DNA of 64,000 nt from an uncultured Anaerococcus sp. GTDB taxonomy: Bacteria > Bacillota > Clostridia > Tissierellales > Peptoniphilaceae. The position numbers and the translations under genes were made by a program. The notes under the pieces are model-generated. The model saw nothing but the letters and a program-made list of their open reading frames with translations, ran no database searches and was not told the origin of the DNA. The DNA is taken from contig NZ_CALTTY010000005.1 of assembly GCF_943912385.1 (NCBI RefSeq), forward strand, positions 22,746-86,745. The letters run 5' to 3'. Shown in pieces: positions 39,963-51,572 of this stretch; position 1 is the first letter of the stretch, and every line of letters starts with the position of its first letter.

Positions 39963-42026
39963 CTATCTTACTATCTCAGATATGTCAAAGATTTGATCCA
40001 TTCTTTCCTTTAAGAGGTTTAGCATGGCAAGTCTGTTTGACTTAACTTCCTCATCTTCTACATTGATCATTGTATTATCCAGATAGTCGTTTCCTGTAAG
40101 ACTTGTTGCTTGGATATTTTCTAATTCCTCCTTGTAATCAGCACTTGACCCAAGGCCGATTTCTGGAAGGCTTGCTATTTCTTCATAAAATTTCTTCTCT
40201 AGGTCAGTTTCTAGTAAGTCTTCTCTGATTTCTACTTTTTCACTATCCTTAGCTAGGTTTTGAATCCTTATTAGGTAGGATAATGAGTCGTCATTTTCTT
40301 CAATAAAGTCACTGATGGCTTTGACTTTTTCTGTAATCTTTAGGATATTTGTAAATTCAGTGTTTATAACTGAGTTTACTATGTCATATCTGTAGCCATC
40401 GTCTAAGAGCTTGTTTTTTAGCCTATCTTTTATAAAAGAAAGGGTCTCTTCTATTGTCTTATCATAGTCAAATGAAAGGGCGTTTGTTTCAGTGTAGACA
40501 AGGAGGGCTTCAGATATTAGCTTTTTAATATCTACATCTATTCCATTTTCAAGGATGATATTAATTATTCCTAAGGCTGCCCTTCTTAGACCGAATGGGT
40601 CACGGCTTCCTGTAACATAGTTACCTAGAGCGTAATGCCCTACTATGGAGTCCATCTTATCTGCTATGGCAAGGAGTATACCTATGACTGACTTTGGTCT
40701 TTCTGTGTTTTGGTTTTTTGGTAGGTATTGTTCCCTTATGGCTGTGGCTACCCTTTGGTTTTCACCTGAATTTATAGCATAGATTGATCCCATAGTTCCT
40801 TGAAGTTCTGTAAATTCAACAACCATCTTTGTTACAAGGTCTGCCTTTGATAGGTAGGCTGCTCTTTTGGCATCTTCTATGATATCATCGCCCAGACTTA
40901 GTTCCTTCTGGTATCTACTGGCAAGGTCTACTAGTCTTTTTGTCTTTTGCCCCATATCTCCAAGGCCTTCAAAAAATACTAGTTTATCTAGGTCTTCTAC
41001 ATATTCTTCAAGATTTTTCTCAGTATCTATGTCATAGAAGAATTTAGCGTCTTCAAGTCTTGCTACTAGGACTTTTTTATTACCTTCTATTACATTTTCA
41101 CTCTCATAATCATCGCCGTTTCTTACCAGTAAGAAGTATGGGAGGAGATTTTCTTTATCATCTAGGATTGGGAAATATCTTTGGTGGTCTTTCATTGGAG
41201 TTGTGATAACTTCCCTAGGTAGTTCTAGGTAGGTTGAGTCGATTTCTCCGACTAGGACTGTTGGGTATTCGACGATATTTACTACCTCATCTAAAAGGTC
41301 TTCGTCTTTCATATAGTGTCCACCTAGTTGGCTTGATAGGGAGTTTAGGCCCTTTAAAATGATGTCTCTCCTGTCCTTATCCCTTAGAATTACATAGTTT
41401 TCTTTTAGTTTATCTTCATATTCAGAGATTTTATCAATTACTATCTTATCTGATCCCAGGCTCCTGTGACCCTTGGTGATATTTCCTACATCTATGCCCT
41501 CTGCATCAAAGTCTAGAATTTTATCGTCAAGTAGGGATACAAACCACCTAATTGGTCTTGCCCATCTGATTGACCTGCCTCCCCATCTCATTGATCTTGG
41601 GAAAGAAATTGATTTTACAAGGTCATAGACTTCTTCTTTGAGGACTTGATCTAGAGATTTATTTTCCTCTCTTTTTTCTACAAATATATAGTCTTCACCC
41701 TTTTCTTCTTTTATAATTACATCTTCAAGGTCTGCCTTTTGTCCCCTTAAAAATCCTAAAAGGGCCTTTGATGGGTTCTTGTCTTCATCATAGGCAATCT
41801 TTGCACTTGGTCCCCTAACAGTTTTGATTTCTGCCTCAGCTTGTTCAGCTACATTTTTAAGAAGAACCATAAACCTTCTTGGGGTAGATTCTATTTCTAT
41901 TTCTTCATAGTCTAATTTATTTTCAGTAAGGAGTTTATCAAACTTATCCCTTAATTGGGCCTTGGTTGCCCCTACATAATCAGAAGGGATTTCTTCTACT
42001 CCAATTTCTAATAGGTAATTATGCAT
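39963..42026 (-). CDS. glyS: Glycine--tRNA ligase beta subunit
   Basis: [28 protein letters not shown]. Confidence 0.96.
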   Translation of the reverse strand: MHNYLLEIGVEEIPSDYVGATKAQLRDKFDKLLTENKLDYEEIEIESTPRRFMVLLKNVAEQAEAEIKTVRGPSAKIAYDEDKNPSKALLGFLRGQKADLEDVIIKEEKGEDYIFVEKREENKSLDQVLKEEVYDLVKSISFPRSMRWGGRSIRWARPIRWFVSLLDDKILDFDAEGIDVGNITKGHRSLGSDKIVIDKISEYEDKLKENYVILRDKDRRDIILKGLNSLSSQLGGHYMKDEDLLDEVVNIVEYPTVLVGEIDSTYLELPREVITTPMKDHQRYFPILDDKENLLPYFLLVRNGDDYESENVIEGNKKVLVARLEDAKFFYDIDTEKNLEEYVEDLDKLVFFEGLGDMGQKTKRLVDLASRYQKELSLGDDIIEDAKRAAYLSKADLVTKMVVEFTELQGTMGSIYAINSGENQRVATAIREQYLPKNQNTERPKSVIGILLAIADKMDSIVGHYALGNYVTGSRDPFGLRRAALGIINIILENGIDVDIKKLISEALLVYTETNALSFDYDKTIEETLSFIKDRLKNKLLDDGYRYDIVNSVINTEFTNILKITEKVKAISDFIEENDDSLSYLIRIQNLAKDSEKVEIREDLLETDLEKKFYEEIASLPEIGLGSSADYKEELENIQATSLTGNDYLDNTMINVEDEEVKSNRLAMLNLLKERMDQIFDISEIVR

Positions 42027-42900
42027 TGTTTTCCTTTCTTAAGAGTGGAAAGCCTAACTCTTCTCTTTTCTCAATGTATTTTTCAGCTACCAGGCTTGAT
42101 ATATCTCTCACTCTCTTGATATAGTGGTTTCTTTCAGAAACAGATATGCCTCCCTTGGCATCAAGGACATTAAAGGTGTGGCTGGTCTTTAAAACATTGT
42201 CATAGGCTGGGTAGACCAGGCCTTTTTCTATAAGCCTTGCAGCCTCTTTTTCATATATATTAAATAGGGTTTCTAGGGTGTCATTGTCTGCATCTTCAAA
42301 GGAATACTTAGAGTTTTCATATTCTGGGATTTTAAATACATCGCCATAGCTTAAGTTCTCTGACCACTTGATGTCGTATACATTGTCGACATCTTGAAGG
42401 TACATACATATTCTTTCAAGACCTATGGTTATCTCTCCGCTTTCAAGGGCACAGTTAATCCCTCCTACCTGCTGGAAGTAGGTAAACTGAGTGATTTCCA
42501 TTCCGTCTAGCCAGACTTCCCAACCAAGCCCCCAGGCTCCCAAGGTAGGAGATTCCCAGTTGTCTTCTACAAACCTGATATCGTGTTTTTTAGGGTCAAT
42601 TCCTATTGCTTCTAGGCATGATAGGTAGAGGTCCTGGATATTTGATGGGGTCGGTTTTAGGAGTATTTGCATCTGGTGGTGCTGGTAGAGCCTGTTTGGG
42701 TTTTCCCCATACCTACCATCAGCAGGTCTTCTAGATGGCTCCACATAACATACCTTCCATGGTTCTGGTCCAAGGGATCTTAAAAAAGTGTGAGGGTTCA
42801 TAGTACCTGCTCCCTTTTCTATGTCATAAGGGATTAGGACTGAACAACCCTGTTTTTTCCAATACTCCTCTAGTTTTAGTATTAAATCTTCAAAGTACAT
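42019..42900 (-). CDS. glyQ: Glycine--tRNA ligase alpha subunit
   Basis: [30 protein letters not shown]. Confidence 0.98.
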   Translation of the reverse strand: MYFEDLILKLEEYWKKQGCSVLIPYDIEKGAGTMNPHTFLRSLGPEPWKVCYVEPSRRPADGRYGENPNRLYQHHQMQILLKPTPSNIQDLYLSCLEAIGIDPKKHDIRFVEDNWESPTLGAWGLGWEVWLDGMEITQFTYFQQVGGINCALESGEITIGLERICMYLQDVDNVYDIKWSENLSYGDVFKIPEYENSKYSFEDADNDTLETLFNIYEKEAARLIEKGLVYPAYDNVLKTSHTFNVLDAKGGISVSERNHYIKRVRDISSLVAEKYIEKREELGFPLLRKENNA

Positions 42901-43666
42901 TTACATTCCTTTCGAGTGCCTTTTTCACCCAGTCTAGGGATGGGTAAATCCCAATCTCTAAGTTTAAAAGGCAGTAGTCTATTATTATTTTTCCAATTTT
43001 TTGGTAGTTATCTACCAGCTTTATCTCTTTTAATTCTTCTGATTTAGTATAAAGAAGTTTGTTAAAGTAGACAAATTCTTCGTAGGTCATAAAGACCCTA
43101 TCAAAGACATAGTCTTTACACTCATCACAAATCGCTGATGATTCCTTAGGGGAAAAGTACATATACTTGCCCCTTATTTTTTTACCACACCTGCCACAGG
43201 TTTTAAAGTTTGGCTTAAAACCTGAGAAGGAAATATATTTAAGGAGAAATCCTAAAAATATATTTATGTAATTTTTATCCGCCTCTTCAAAGGCATCAAA
43301 GCTATTTGTAAGGAGGGTAAAAACTGTATCAATTTGGATAGTATCAATAGTTCTTAAAAGCAGGTCTGCTATTGCAGACTTGTATAATATTATATCAAAA
43401 TTCATATTTGATTTATAATAGGGATTTAAAACTACTCCCTCCCTTAGGCCGTAGAAATCTTTGCCGGACTTATAAAGGGTAAAGGATGCAAGGATAAACC
43501 TGTTGGTTAGGGCAAGGTTTTTGGAGTTTTTCTTAAGGACTGACTGGCAGTTTACAGAAATTTTGCCGTGTTTTTCTGTGAAAACTTCTATAATTTTAGA
43601 AGACTCTTTGTATTTAAACTCTCTTAAAACTATGCCCCTTATATCCTTAAGCTCGCCTGTAGCCAA
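42890..43666 (-). CDS. recO: DNA repair protein RecO
   Basis: GIVLR..YKESSKI..FT OB fold, CGRC..CDEC zinc finger, position between era and glyQ. Confidence 0.88.
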   Translation of the reverse strand: MATGELKDIRGIVLREFKYKESSKIIEVFTEKHGKISVNCQSVLKKNSKNLALTNRFILASFTLYKSGKDFYGLREGVVLNPYYKSNMNFDIILYKSAIADLLLRTIDTIQIDTVFTLLTNSFDAFEEADKNYINIFLGFLLKYISFSGFKPNFKTCGRCGKKIRGKYMYFSPKESSAICDECKDYVFDRVFMTYEEFVYFNKLLYTKSEELKEIKLVDNYQKIGKIIIDYCLLNLEIGIYPSLDWVKKALERNVNVL

Positions 43667-44534
43667 ACCTATCCACCAACTTTTCCTTCTTTCGCCAGTC
43701 TTTTTCCACCTTGACCCAAAGTTTTAAATTAACCCTAGAATCAAGGAAGTTTTCAATCTCAAGTCTTGAGTCTATACCGATTTCTTTTATCATTTTACCG
43801 TTTTTGCCGATAACTATCTGCTTGTGGGATTTTTTTTCTACTATTATAGTAGCCCAAATATCAATTATATCCTTACCGGACCTTTCCTTAAAGTCATCAA
43901 TCCTTACTGCAAGACCATGGGGAACTTCTTCTGATAAAAGTCTTAGGGCTTTTTCCCTGATAATCTCTGATACGATAAATCTCTCGGTCTTATCTGTGAT
44001 CATGTCCCTGTCATAGTAAGCAGGTCCATCATCTAGATAAGTCTTTACCCTTTCTATAAAGCCAGCTATATTCCTATCATCAAGGGCAGAAATCGCTATG
44101 ATTTCATCAAATAAGCCGAGAGCTTCGTAAAGACCTTCGATTTCTTCTAGTTCATCTTCTGATAAAAGGTCAATTTTATTTATTAAAAGAATTATAGGGA
44201 CCCTTACTTTTTTAAGTTCCTCTATAATCATCTGATCAAGTTTTCCTATTTCTTTAGACTCATCAACAACAAAGGCTACTAGGTCTGACTCATTTAAACT
44301 ATCCTTTGAAAAACTTAGGAGTCTTTCTTGGAGGATATTTCTTGGTTTTTGGATGCCCGGTGTATCTATAAAGATTAGCTGGCTGTCCTCGTCATTGTGT
44401 ATTATATTTATCTTATCTCTGGTGGTCTGGGGCTTGTTTGAAATGATGGAAATCTTCTCCTTGAGGATTTTTTCCATTAAGGTTGATTTTCCAACATTGG
44501 CCCTGCCTACCACTGATATAAATCCTGATTTCAT
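43647..44534 (-). CDS. era: GTPase Era
   Basis: GRANVGKST, PQTTR, DTPG, NKID, KH domain. Confidence 0.97.
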   Translation of the reverse strand: MKSGFISVVGRANVGKSTLMEKILKEKISIISNKPQTTRDKINIIHNDEDSQLIFIDTPGIQKPRNILQERLLSFSKDSLNESDLVAFVVDESKEIGKLDQMIIEELKKVRVPIILLINKIDLLSEDELEEIEGLYEALGLFDEIIAISALDDRNIAGFIERVKTYLDDGPAYYDRDMITDKTERFIVSEIIREKALRLLSEEVPHGLAVRIDDFKERSGKDIIDIWATIIVEKKSHKQIVIGKNGKMIKEIGIDSRLEIENFLDSRVNLKLWVKVEKDWRKKEKLVDRFGYRRA

Positions 44535-44929
44535 TATCCTAAATCCTTTTTACTAAAACTATAGGGCAAGAGCTCATCTATGGTATAGGTTTTGTAATTA
44601 TCACAATCCCTAGCTATAATTATCCTCGTATCATCGTCAGCAAATTCTCTAATAAATTGCCTACAAACCCCACAAGGATAGGTATAGTCACTATCGCCTG
44701 CTATAACTATGTAAGAAAAATCCATCTCTCCTTGGGTGATAGCAGTGGATAGGGCATTTCTTTCTGCACACAGGGTTGGACTATAAGAAGCATTTTCTAT
44801 ATTGACTCCCTCATAAATATTTCCTGACTTGGTTTTTACAACACAAGCCACATGAAAATCTGAATATGGAGCATAGGCCCTTTCCTTTAGGTCTAAAACT
44901 TTTTTAATTAAATCTTTTATCTCTTTCAT
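44534..44929 (-). CDS. cdd: Cytidine deaminase (tetrameric type)
   Basis: AYAPYS, CAER, PCGVCRQ. Confidence 0.96.
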   Translation of the reverse strand: MKEIKDLIKKVLDLKERAYAPYSDFHVACVVKTKSGNIYEGVNIENASYSPTLCAERNALSTAITQGEMDFSYIVIAGDSDYTYPCGVCRQFIREFADDDTRIIIARDCDNYKTYTIDELLPYSFSKKDLG

Positions 44930-45732
44930 GAAAATATCCCAAATATAGCCATGGCCATGGATGTACCAAGGATGGCTCCTCTTATTATCTCTTTACTCGA
45001 ATGTATATCTGCCTCATACCTTGACTCAGCAACTATAAGAGCGAGTCCTACAAGCGCTAGCCTAACTAGAGGCTCGTCTACAAGTAGGACCCCGATTGTC
45101 GATAGGCAAAAGGCAACAGACGTATGACCTGATACAAAACCACCCTTGAAGGCTGTTCCGTGGCCTTCGTAGAAAACTCCCTTAAGGAAAATTGTAAGAA
45201 TTATCACCAGGGAAATGGTAATTAAGGCAAGGTGGGAAGGACGGCGGGCAATCTTTAGAATTACCGAATCATAAAAATTTAAAAACTTATCAAAAAATAT
45301 AAGATATGCAACAAAGGCTGCATTTAAGGCAGCAACAAAGGTAGCTGCCGCTGCCACATCCTTTCCAGCTTTGGCAAGCTTTGAGTACTTGCCCCCGCTT
45401 GCCAAGTCTACTATTTCTTCTATAGCAGTATTTAATAGCTCAAGGGCTATGACAAAGACTATAGCAAAGACTAAAAACATCATCTCAATTCTTGATAGGT
45501 TAAAAAAAAGGGAAGCGATTAAAACTAAAAAAGAAGCCAAGATATGAAATTTCATGTTTTTTTCGTGGTTTATGGCATAGACCAGGCCCTCATAGGCATA
45601 GTCAAAGCCCTTTAGAAATTTCTGCCCATGGCTTAATTTTAAAGGCTTGAAGTCTTCTCTCTCGTCCTTTTTTAATTCCTCTAGGATTTCTTTTTTTAAA
45701 TTTTCTTTAAGGTCCTCGTAGTTTTTATCCAT
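44926..45732 (-). CDS. dgkA: Undecaprenol/diacylglycerol kinase fused to a PAP2-like domain
   Basis: ELLNTAIEEIVD, AKAGKDVAAAA; C-terminal SGH and SR..H PAP2-like motifs. Confidence 0.85.
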   Translation of the reverse strand: MDKNYEDLKENLKKEILEELKKDEREDFKPLKLSHGQKFLKGFDYAYEGLVYAINHEKNMKFHILASFLVLIASLFFNLSRIEMMFLVFAIVFVIALELLNTAIEEIVDLASGGKYSKLAKAGKDVAAAATFVAALNAAFVAYLIFFDKFLNFYDSVILKIARRPSHLALITISLVIILTIFLKGVFYEGHGTAFKGGFVSGHTSVAFCLSTIGVLLVDEPLVRLALVGLALIVAESRYEADIHSSKEIIRGAILGTSMAMAIFGIFS

Positions 45733-45737
45733 TGACT

Positions 45738-46193
45738 TTACTTGAATACTCCTAGGTTTCTCATAACCTCTTTTTCTCTTTTTCTCATAACTTTTTTCTC
45801 ACCATCTTCTATATGGTCGTAACCTAGAAGGTGGAGGGTGGAGTGGCAGATTAAATACATCATCTCTCTTTCAAGAGAATGACCAAAGTCTTTGGCCTGG
45901 TCTTTTGCAATATCAAGGCAAATAACTATATCTCCTAGGAGGACTAAAACCTCTCCGTCCATATTGATTTCCTCTTCAAGAGGGAAGGATAAGACGTCCG
46001 TTTCTCTATCTACTCCCCTGTAGTTCTTGTTTAAGTCATGGATCTCATCCCTTCCTACAATCGAAAGGGATACTTCAACATTTTCTGTGAAATCTTCCGT
46101 CCTTAGAACTTCAAGGATAGTCTTTTCTGCCTTCTCCCTTATGGGACTTAAGTCTAGGTCCTCACTTGTATTATTGGCCATCAGAAGATTCAT
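45738..46193 (-). CDS. ybeY: rRNA maturation endoribonuclease YbeY
   Basis: TDVLSFP, HSTLHLLGYDH. Confidence 0.95.
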   Translation of the reverse strand: MNLLMANNTSEDLDLSPIREKAEKTILEVLRTEDFTENVEVSLSIVGRDEIHDLNKNYRGVDRETDVLSFPLEEEINMDGEVLVLLGDIVICLDIAKDQAKDFGHSLEREMMYLICHSTLHLLGYDHIEDGEKKVMRKREKEVMRNLGVFK

Positions 46194-47169
46194 CTATTTT
46201 ACTCTTTCTTTCTTTTTCTCTTTTTATATCGTCTTTTTCATAGGCATCGATTATCCTTTGAACTAGTGGGTGACGGACGACGTCTATTGATGAAAAGTTC
46301 ATAAATTCAATGCCCTTGACATCCTTTAATATATGGCTTGCTGAAACTAAGCCTGATTTTCTCCCTCGAGGCAGGTCAACCTGGGTAGTATCACCTGTGA
46401 TTATGGCCTTTGACCCATAACCAAGACGGGTTAAAAACATCTTCATCTGTTCATAGGTTGTGTTTTGAGCCTCATCTAGGATTACAAAGGAATTATCCAG
46501 AGTTCTTCCCCTCATATAGGCAAGGGGTGCTACTTCTATAATGCCTTTTTCAACAAGGGCCTGGTAGGTCTCAAAACCCATTATCTCAAAAAGTCCGTCA
46601 TAGAGGGGTCTTAAATATGGGTCAACCTTATCCTGCAAATCTCCTGGTAAAAAGCCCAGGCTCTCTCCCGCCTCTACTGCCGGGCGGGTTAGGATAATCC
46701 TATTTACCTCATTGTTTTTAAAGGAACAAACTGCCGTGGCCACTGCCAGGTAGGTTTTACCGGTACCTGCAGGTCCTATACCAAAAACAACATCATTTGC
46801 TAAAATCTTTTCTATATAGGATTTTTGTCCGAGTGTCTTTGGCTTTATAGGTTTGCCAGCTGCTGTTGTGACTATGACATCATCAAGGAGGGCCTTTACT
46901 ACATCCTTATTTTCTTTTTCAAGCATGTCTGCATCGTATTTTAACCTCTGAAAATCAAGTTTTTCATCTCTCTTTATTTCCCCCAAAAGCTGGATTATTA
47001 GCTTTTTGGCGAGGTCAACATTGCCACTATCTCCCTTGATTTCAAGTTTATTGTCCTTAAGCTTAATTTTTACATCAAACCTATCTTCAATGTATTTTCT
47101 ATTCCTATCAAAATTGCCAAAGAGAGAAATAATTCTCTCTGGCTCTTCTATATCTAAAAATTCTTTAAT
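46171..47169 (-). CDS. phoH: PhoH family ATPase, with a probable AUU start at 47169
   Basis: GPAGTGKT, RPAVEAGE, DEAQN; the frame stays open upstream of 46986 through the conserved LFGNFD N-domain. Confidence 0.9.
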   Translation of the reverse strand: MKEFLDIEEPERIISLFGNFDRNRKYIEDRFDVKIKLKDNKLEIKGDSGNVDLAKKLIIQLLGEIKRDEKLDFQRLKYDADMLEKENKDVVKALLDDVIVTTAAGKPIKPKTLGQKSYIEKILANDVVFGIGPAGTGKTYLAVATAVCSFKNNEVNRIILTRPAVEAGESLGFLPGDLQDKVDPYLRPLYDGLFEIMGFETYQALVEKGIIEVAPLAYMRGRTLDNSFVILDEAQNTTYEQMKMFLTRLGYGSKAIITGDTTQVDLPRGRKSGLVSASHILKDVKGIEFMNFSSIDVVRHPLVQRIIDAYEKDDIKREKERKSKIDESSDGQ

Positions 47170-47178
47170 ACTAATCTC

Positions 47179-47721
47179 CTAGCGTCTCTTAGAAACTGGC
47201 GGGCCTAGGATTTCTGCCATTACCATGGCATCTCTAAGCCTCTGTCTATTTTTTATTTTTGCAAGTTTCTTAACTGTCTTCTTTCTGTTTTCTATCTCTT
47301 CTTCTTTTCTTAATCTCTTTAAAGCTTTATTATCTCCTTCTACAGACTTTGATTCTATAGAGCCTTTTTTTCCTTTTTCAGAGTCAATCAAGCTCTTATT
47401 AGCAGCACGATCTATAGGAGAAGTTTTCTTTAGTTTCTCTCCGTGTTTTCTTATAAGTTCTGCCTTTAACCTTCTTTGGGACTCATAGTCTGGCTTTTTA
47501 CTTTCCTTAAGGTCTAGGTCACCAAAATCATTGTCCATTTCTTCTACAAGGTTATTTAAAAAACCTACAAAAGAACTACTTTTGCGTCTAACTTTTCTGC
47601 TTCCAGAAATTTTTCTACTTCCCTTACTTTTATATGAAATTTTACTCTTATTTTCCTCGTCAATTTCATCTTGAATTTTATCTAAAAAGGAAAGGAAAGA
47701 ATTGTTCTTCCTAGTTGACAT
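47179..47721 (-). CDS. Hypothetical basic protein (YqfB-like position)
   Basis: C-terminal [18 protein letters not shown]; follows floA. Confidence 0.65.
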   Translation of the reverse strand: MSTRKNNSFLSFLDKIQDEIDEENKSKISYKSKGSRKISGSRKVRRKSSSFVGFLNNLVEEMDNDFGDLDLKESKKPDYESQRRLKAELIRKHGEKLKKTSPIDRAANKSLIDSEKGKKGSIESKSVEGDNKALKRLRKEEEIENRKKTVKKLAKIKNRQRLRDAMVMAEILGPPVSKRR

Positions 47722-48655
47722 CTAAATCAGCCTCATCCTCAGAAATAGACTGGCGCATTTTTGTGTCAGCCTTGACATTTTGAAGGTTGTAATAGTCTAT
47801 TACACCTAGGTTTCCTTCCTTGAAGGCTTGGGAGATGGCAAGAGGGATTTCACTTTCAGCATCCACAACCTTGGCCCTATTTTCTTGTTCAAGGGCAATA
47901 GCTTGGGCACGTCTTTCTTCTGCCTTGGCTTGGGCGATATTTTTATCAGCCTCAGCCTGGTCTCTTTGAAGTTGTGCTCCGACATTTCTACCAACATCCA
48001 CATCTGCTATGTCAATTGATAAGATTTCAAAGGCTGTACCTGAGTCAAGTCCCTTATTTAATACTGTTTGGGAGATATTATCTGGGTTTTCTAAAACTCC
48101 AGCATGGGTTTCAGATGAACCGACTGTGGTTACAATACCCTCACCGACTCTGGCTATGATGGTCTCTTCACCAGCACCACCAACAAGTCTTTCGATATTG
48201 GCCCTAACAGTAACTTTGGCAATTACTTTTACTTCAATACCATTTTTAGCTACAGCTGCTATAACTGGAGTATTTATAACCTTAGGGGTTACAGATACTT
48301 GGACTGCTTCAAACACATTACGACCTGCTAGGTCAATCGCTGCTGCTTGTTCAAAGGATAGGTCAATATTTGCTCTTTCTGCAGCTATAAGTGCGTCTAC
48401 TACTTGGTTGATATCACCACCTGCAAGGTAGTGGCTTTCTAGGTGATTTGTCGCTATATGGATGCCTGCTTGGTGAGATTTAATCATTGCATTTACAATC
48501 TTTGATGGAGACAATCTCCTAAATCTCATTGCCACTAGGCTCGCCATGGAGATTTTTACTCCTGAAAATCTTGCTGTGATCCATAGACCCACTGGTACCA
48601 TTGTGAAAAATACTACTACTAGGACAAAAATCAGTCCGATAATTATAAAATTCAT
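47711..48655 (-). CDS. floA: Flotillin-like protein FloA (YqfA)
   Basis: [33 protein letters not shown]. Confidence 0.93.
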   Translation of the reverse strand: MNFIIIGLIFVLVVVFFTMVPVGLWITARFSGVKISMASLVAMRFRRLSPSKIVNAMIKSHQAGIHIATNHLESHYLAGGDINQVVDALIAAERANIDLSFEQAAAIDLAGRNVFEAVQVSVTPKVINTPVIAAVAKNGIEVKVIAKVTVRANIERLVGGAGEETIIARVGEGIVTTVGSSETHAGVLENPDNISQTVLNKGLDSGTAFEILSIDIADVDVGRNVGAQLQRDQAEADKNIAQAKAEERRAQAIALEQENRAKVVDAESEIPLAISQAFKEGNLGVIDYYNLQNVKADTKMRQSISEDEADLDVN

Positions 48656-49290
48656 TACATCTCCTTTACTATGATGTGGCCATCTTTAACATCTATCACA
48701 CTTACAACACTGGCTTCTTCTATAAATTCAGACCTCGCCATAGCATCATAAATTTCGCCATCTACTTCTATCCTGCCTGTAGGTCTTAGGATAGACTTTG
48801 TAACACCAACATTTCCTATTAACTCTGATAGGTCCTTATCTTCATGGAAATCTTTCCTATCTCTCTCCTTGACATCAAGGACGTAGGAATCAAATAAATT
48901 AACCCTAAAGCCTAATTTTACAAAGATAGTCATAGTTATAACTACCGCAAGGCCTGTGGCTATGATTACAAAGATTCCTTTTTTGGGACTTGCAAAAGAA
49001 TCCATCACCGAATAAATAGTAAGGGCAATCCCAGCCACACCTATTATCCCAAAACTCGGGATAAAAAGCTCAAGACTTATAAGGGATATACCCACTATAA
49101 AGGTAAGGACGGTGATATTGTCTGCTATATTGTACCTTGAGTTTGCCAGGTAAAAATATCCGAAAAGTACTAAGGATATACCTGCAAAAACTAGCTTTTT
49201 TTCGGTAAATAAGAGACAAATCAAGGATATGACTGCAAGGATGAAACTTGTTGCAATAAGTAGGTCATTTCCCAGCATACTTTTCTCCAT
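48655..49290 (-). CDS. NfeD family membrane protein
   Basis: [12 protein letters not shown]-terminal OB fold LRPTG; upstream of floA. Confidence 0.88.
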   Translation of the reverse strand: MEKSMLGNDLLIATSFILAVISLICLLFTEKKLVFAGISLVLFGYFYLANSRYNIADNITVLTFIVGISLISLELFIPSFGIIGVAGIALTIYSVMDSFASPKKGIFVIIATGLAVVITMTIFVKLGFRVNLFDSYVLDVKERDRKDFHEDKDLSELIGNVGVTKSILRPTGRIEVDGEIYDAMARSEFIEEASVVSVIDVKDGHIIVKEM

Positions 49291-49492
49291 TTCTTATCCG
49301 TTTTGCCCTGGAAATTCTCATTTAAGAAGAAAAATTTCCAGGTAAAATTATTATCTTCCTTATATTTATTATCTAGTAAAGTAGGTTAAAAATCAACATG
49401 CAGGCCCTGGCAAATATATTGAATTGAAACTCATAAACAGATTGTAATATTATTTTTTAAAAAAGGGGCCACCGGCCCCTGAGTCTTATAAT

Positions 49493-50695
49493 CTAATTCT
49501 TCTTTCGCCTAGCCTTAAGAAATTTACTTTCTTGGTAGTTTAAAATATGCTTCTTGTAGATCTTTGACGAGATAATATATGAAATATATAAACTGAGTAA
49601 AAGTATTATAAGCGATATGAAGGCTTCCATAATCCCAGCATCTGCCTTGATAAGCCTAAGCGGCATGAAGAAGACTGATATATAAGGAATAAAGGAGGCT
49701 ACTTTTACAAATAAATTAGCTGGCCTTTTCATAAATATCATAGCTACCATAAAGGCTGCTATTATAGTCACCATAAGAGGACTGGCTACTTTTGAGGCAT
49801 CTTCCTGCTTATTTGCTAGAGACCCTAAAGTTGCGGCTACTATCATATAAGATAGGAGACTTAAGATTATAAAGAGAAATATTTCACCTATTATTAAAAG
49901 AGTCTCTCTATCTAGGCTCATATTAATATTTACCATGTCAAGAAGTCCCCTGGACTTAACAAAAAAGTAAGATCCTAGACCCAGAATTAAGTAAAGGACT
50001 GAATGGAGGATTATTGCGAGGAAATTTCCTAAGATTTTTCCTGCAAAATAGTCCTTAGAACTTACCGAGGAGAAAATAAACTCAATCATCTTTGACCCCT
50101 TTTCTGTGGCTATGTCTACAACTAGGATATTTGAATACATGATTAGCATAAAATACATAAACATAAGGAGAATGAAGTATGAGGCATAGGCCATCAAGTT
50201 TCTTTCCTTATCAACCTGGTCTATCCTTACATCAGCCCTTGTAGAAAAAATTTCCACCTGGTTTTGATTAAGGCCTGCATTTTCAATATTTACTAGGTTC
50301 TGGATTTCATCTGCAAGTTGGGGCAGGGTTGAAATAATCTTCGTATCTATAGTCTTACTTTTTATGGTAAGTTTAACCTGGCCATTTTCTTCAGAAATTT
50401 CTCCATAAGAGTCTATCTTTTCTTCTTTCAAATAATTTTCCGCCTCTTTTTTAGAAACAAGCCTATAGTCTTCACCAAGTCCTTTAAAATATGGCCTAAC
50501 ATTCTCATCTGTAACTATGGCTAGCTTATCCATCCCACCTTCAAGTTTGCTTTCACTATCAGCCTTATTTAGGTAGTAGTTTATACCCGTAGGCACTAGC
50601 ATTACTAGTATTGGCACAAAAACCATGGCCCAGAAGGAGGGAGACTTGATTTGTTTTTTAAAAGAATCTAGGGCTACAATTAATTTTCTATTCAT
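49493..50695 (-). CDS. ABC-2 type exporter permease (NatB/YhaP-like)
   Basis: IATEKGSKMIE..SS, FAGK, SFIP; start taken at MNRKL. Confidence 0.88.
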   Translation of the reverse strand: MNRKLIVALDSFKKQIKSPSFWAMVFVPILVMLVPTGINYYLNKADSESKLEGGMDKLAIVTDENVRPYFKGLGEDYRLVSKKEAENYLKEEKIDSYGEISEENGQVKLTIKSKTIDTKIISTLPQLADEIQNLVNIENAGLNQNQVEIFSTRADVRIDQVDKERNLMAYASYFILLMFMYFMLIMYSNILVVDIATEKGSKMIEFIFSSVSSKDYFAGKILGNFLAIILHSVLYLILGLGSYFFVKSRGLLDMVNINMSLDRETLLIIGEIFLFIILSLLSYMIVAATLGSLANKQEDASKVASPLMVTIIAAFMVAMIFMKRPANLFVKVASFIPYISVFFMPLRLIKADAGIMEAFISLIILLLSLYISYIISSKIYKKHILNYQESKFLKARRKKN

Positions 50696-51572
50696 GATTT
50701 TCCACCTTCCTCGCAAAGATTTCGTTTAGACTTGGGGGTTCTTGGCTAAAGGTCGATACAAATCCAAGTTTATCGACTAGGGCATTAAAAACTTCTCTCC
50801 CATTTTTTTCATCTTCAAGTCTTATTGTCCAAAGATTGCCATCTCGACTTATGTTATAGTCCGGTAAAATTTCCCTTAAATTATAGTCACTTCTGACTTT
50901 AATCAAATCTTTTTCATAGGAATTTCTAATCTCTGTTGGCGACCCATTTAAGACAATCTTTCCATTTCTAAGCATGATTAGCCTGTCACAAAGGTACTCG
51001 ACATTTTCCATATTATGGGAAGAAAACAAAATCGTAGTCCCCTCTTTGTTTATTTCCTTTATTATATCCATCAAAAGATTGGCATTGTAAGGGTCAAGTC
51101 CTGAAAAAGGCTCATCTAAGATTATAAATTCTGGCTTATAGATAAGGCTTGCTAGAAGCTGGACCTTTTGCTGGTTACCCTTAGATAAGGACTTGATTTT
51201 ATCATCAAGAGTCCCCTTGATTTCAAATCGATTAAAATAGTCTTCTAGGGTTTTAGCATCAAGGTTTTTCATTTGGTTTAGCCTTGCAAAATATTTTATC
51301 TCTTCTCTAATGGTTTTCTTTGGCGAAAGCGAACGCTCCTCTGGAAGAAAACCAATTTTTTCAAGGGGCACTCTACTCATTTTCTCCCCCTCATAGAGGA
51401 TTTGTCCGTCAAAGTGGTCGTAGAAATTCATCATAGAGCGAAAAAGTGTAGACTTTCCCGCCCCATTCTGGCCAATAACACCAAAAAGTTCGCCTTTTTT
51501 TACCTCGAAAGTTACGTCATCGAGAGCCTTCAAATCTCCAAAATTTTTACATAAGTTTTTTATTTCAATCAT
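50688..51572 (-). CDS. ABC exporter ATPase (YhaQ-like)
   Basis: GQNGAGKST, LPEER, LSKGNQQK, DEPFSGLDP; start taken at MIEIK. Confidence 0.93.
   Translation of the reverse strand: MIEIKNLCKNFGDLKALDDVTFEVKKGELFGVIGQNGAGKSTLFRSMMNFYDHFDGQILYEGEKMSRVPLEKIGFLPEERSLSPKKTIREEIKYFARLNQMKNLDAKTLEDYFNRFEIKGTLDDKIKSLSKGNQQKVQLLASLIYKPEFIILDEPFSGLDPYNANLLMDIIKEINKEGTTILFSSHNMENVEYLCDRLIMLRNGKIVLNGSPTEIRNSYEKDLIKVRSDYNLREILPDYNISRDGNLWTIRLEDEKNGREVFNALVDKLGFVSTFSQEPPSLNEIFARKVENHE

Noticed and set aside
43283..43295. 13 nt match (CTCTTCAAAGGCA) between the CRISPR spacer and recO
   Set aside because: Short, internal to the spacer, and the flanks do not match; compatible with chance and not evidence of self-targeting
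44926..45732. DgkA-PAP2 fusion as a novelty
   Set aside because: This fusion is already known in clostridial relatives at this operon position
50363..50372. 10 nt match (TATGGTAAGT) to the spacer 5' end inside the ABC permease gene
   Set aside because: Too short, preceded by TTT rather than an I-E-like PAM, and not in a promoter
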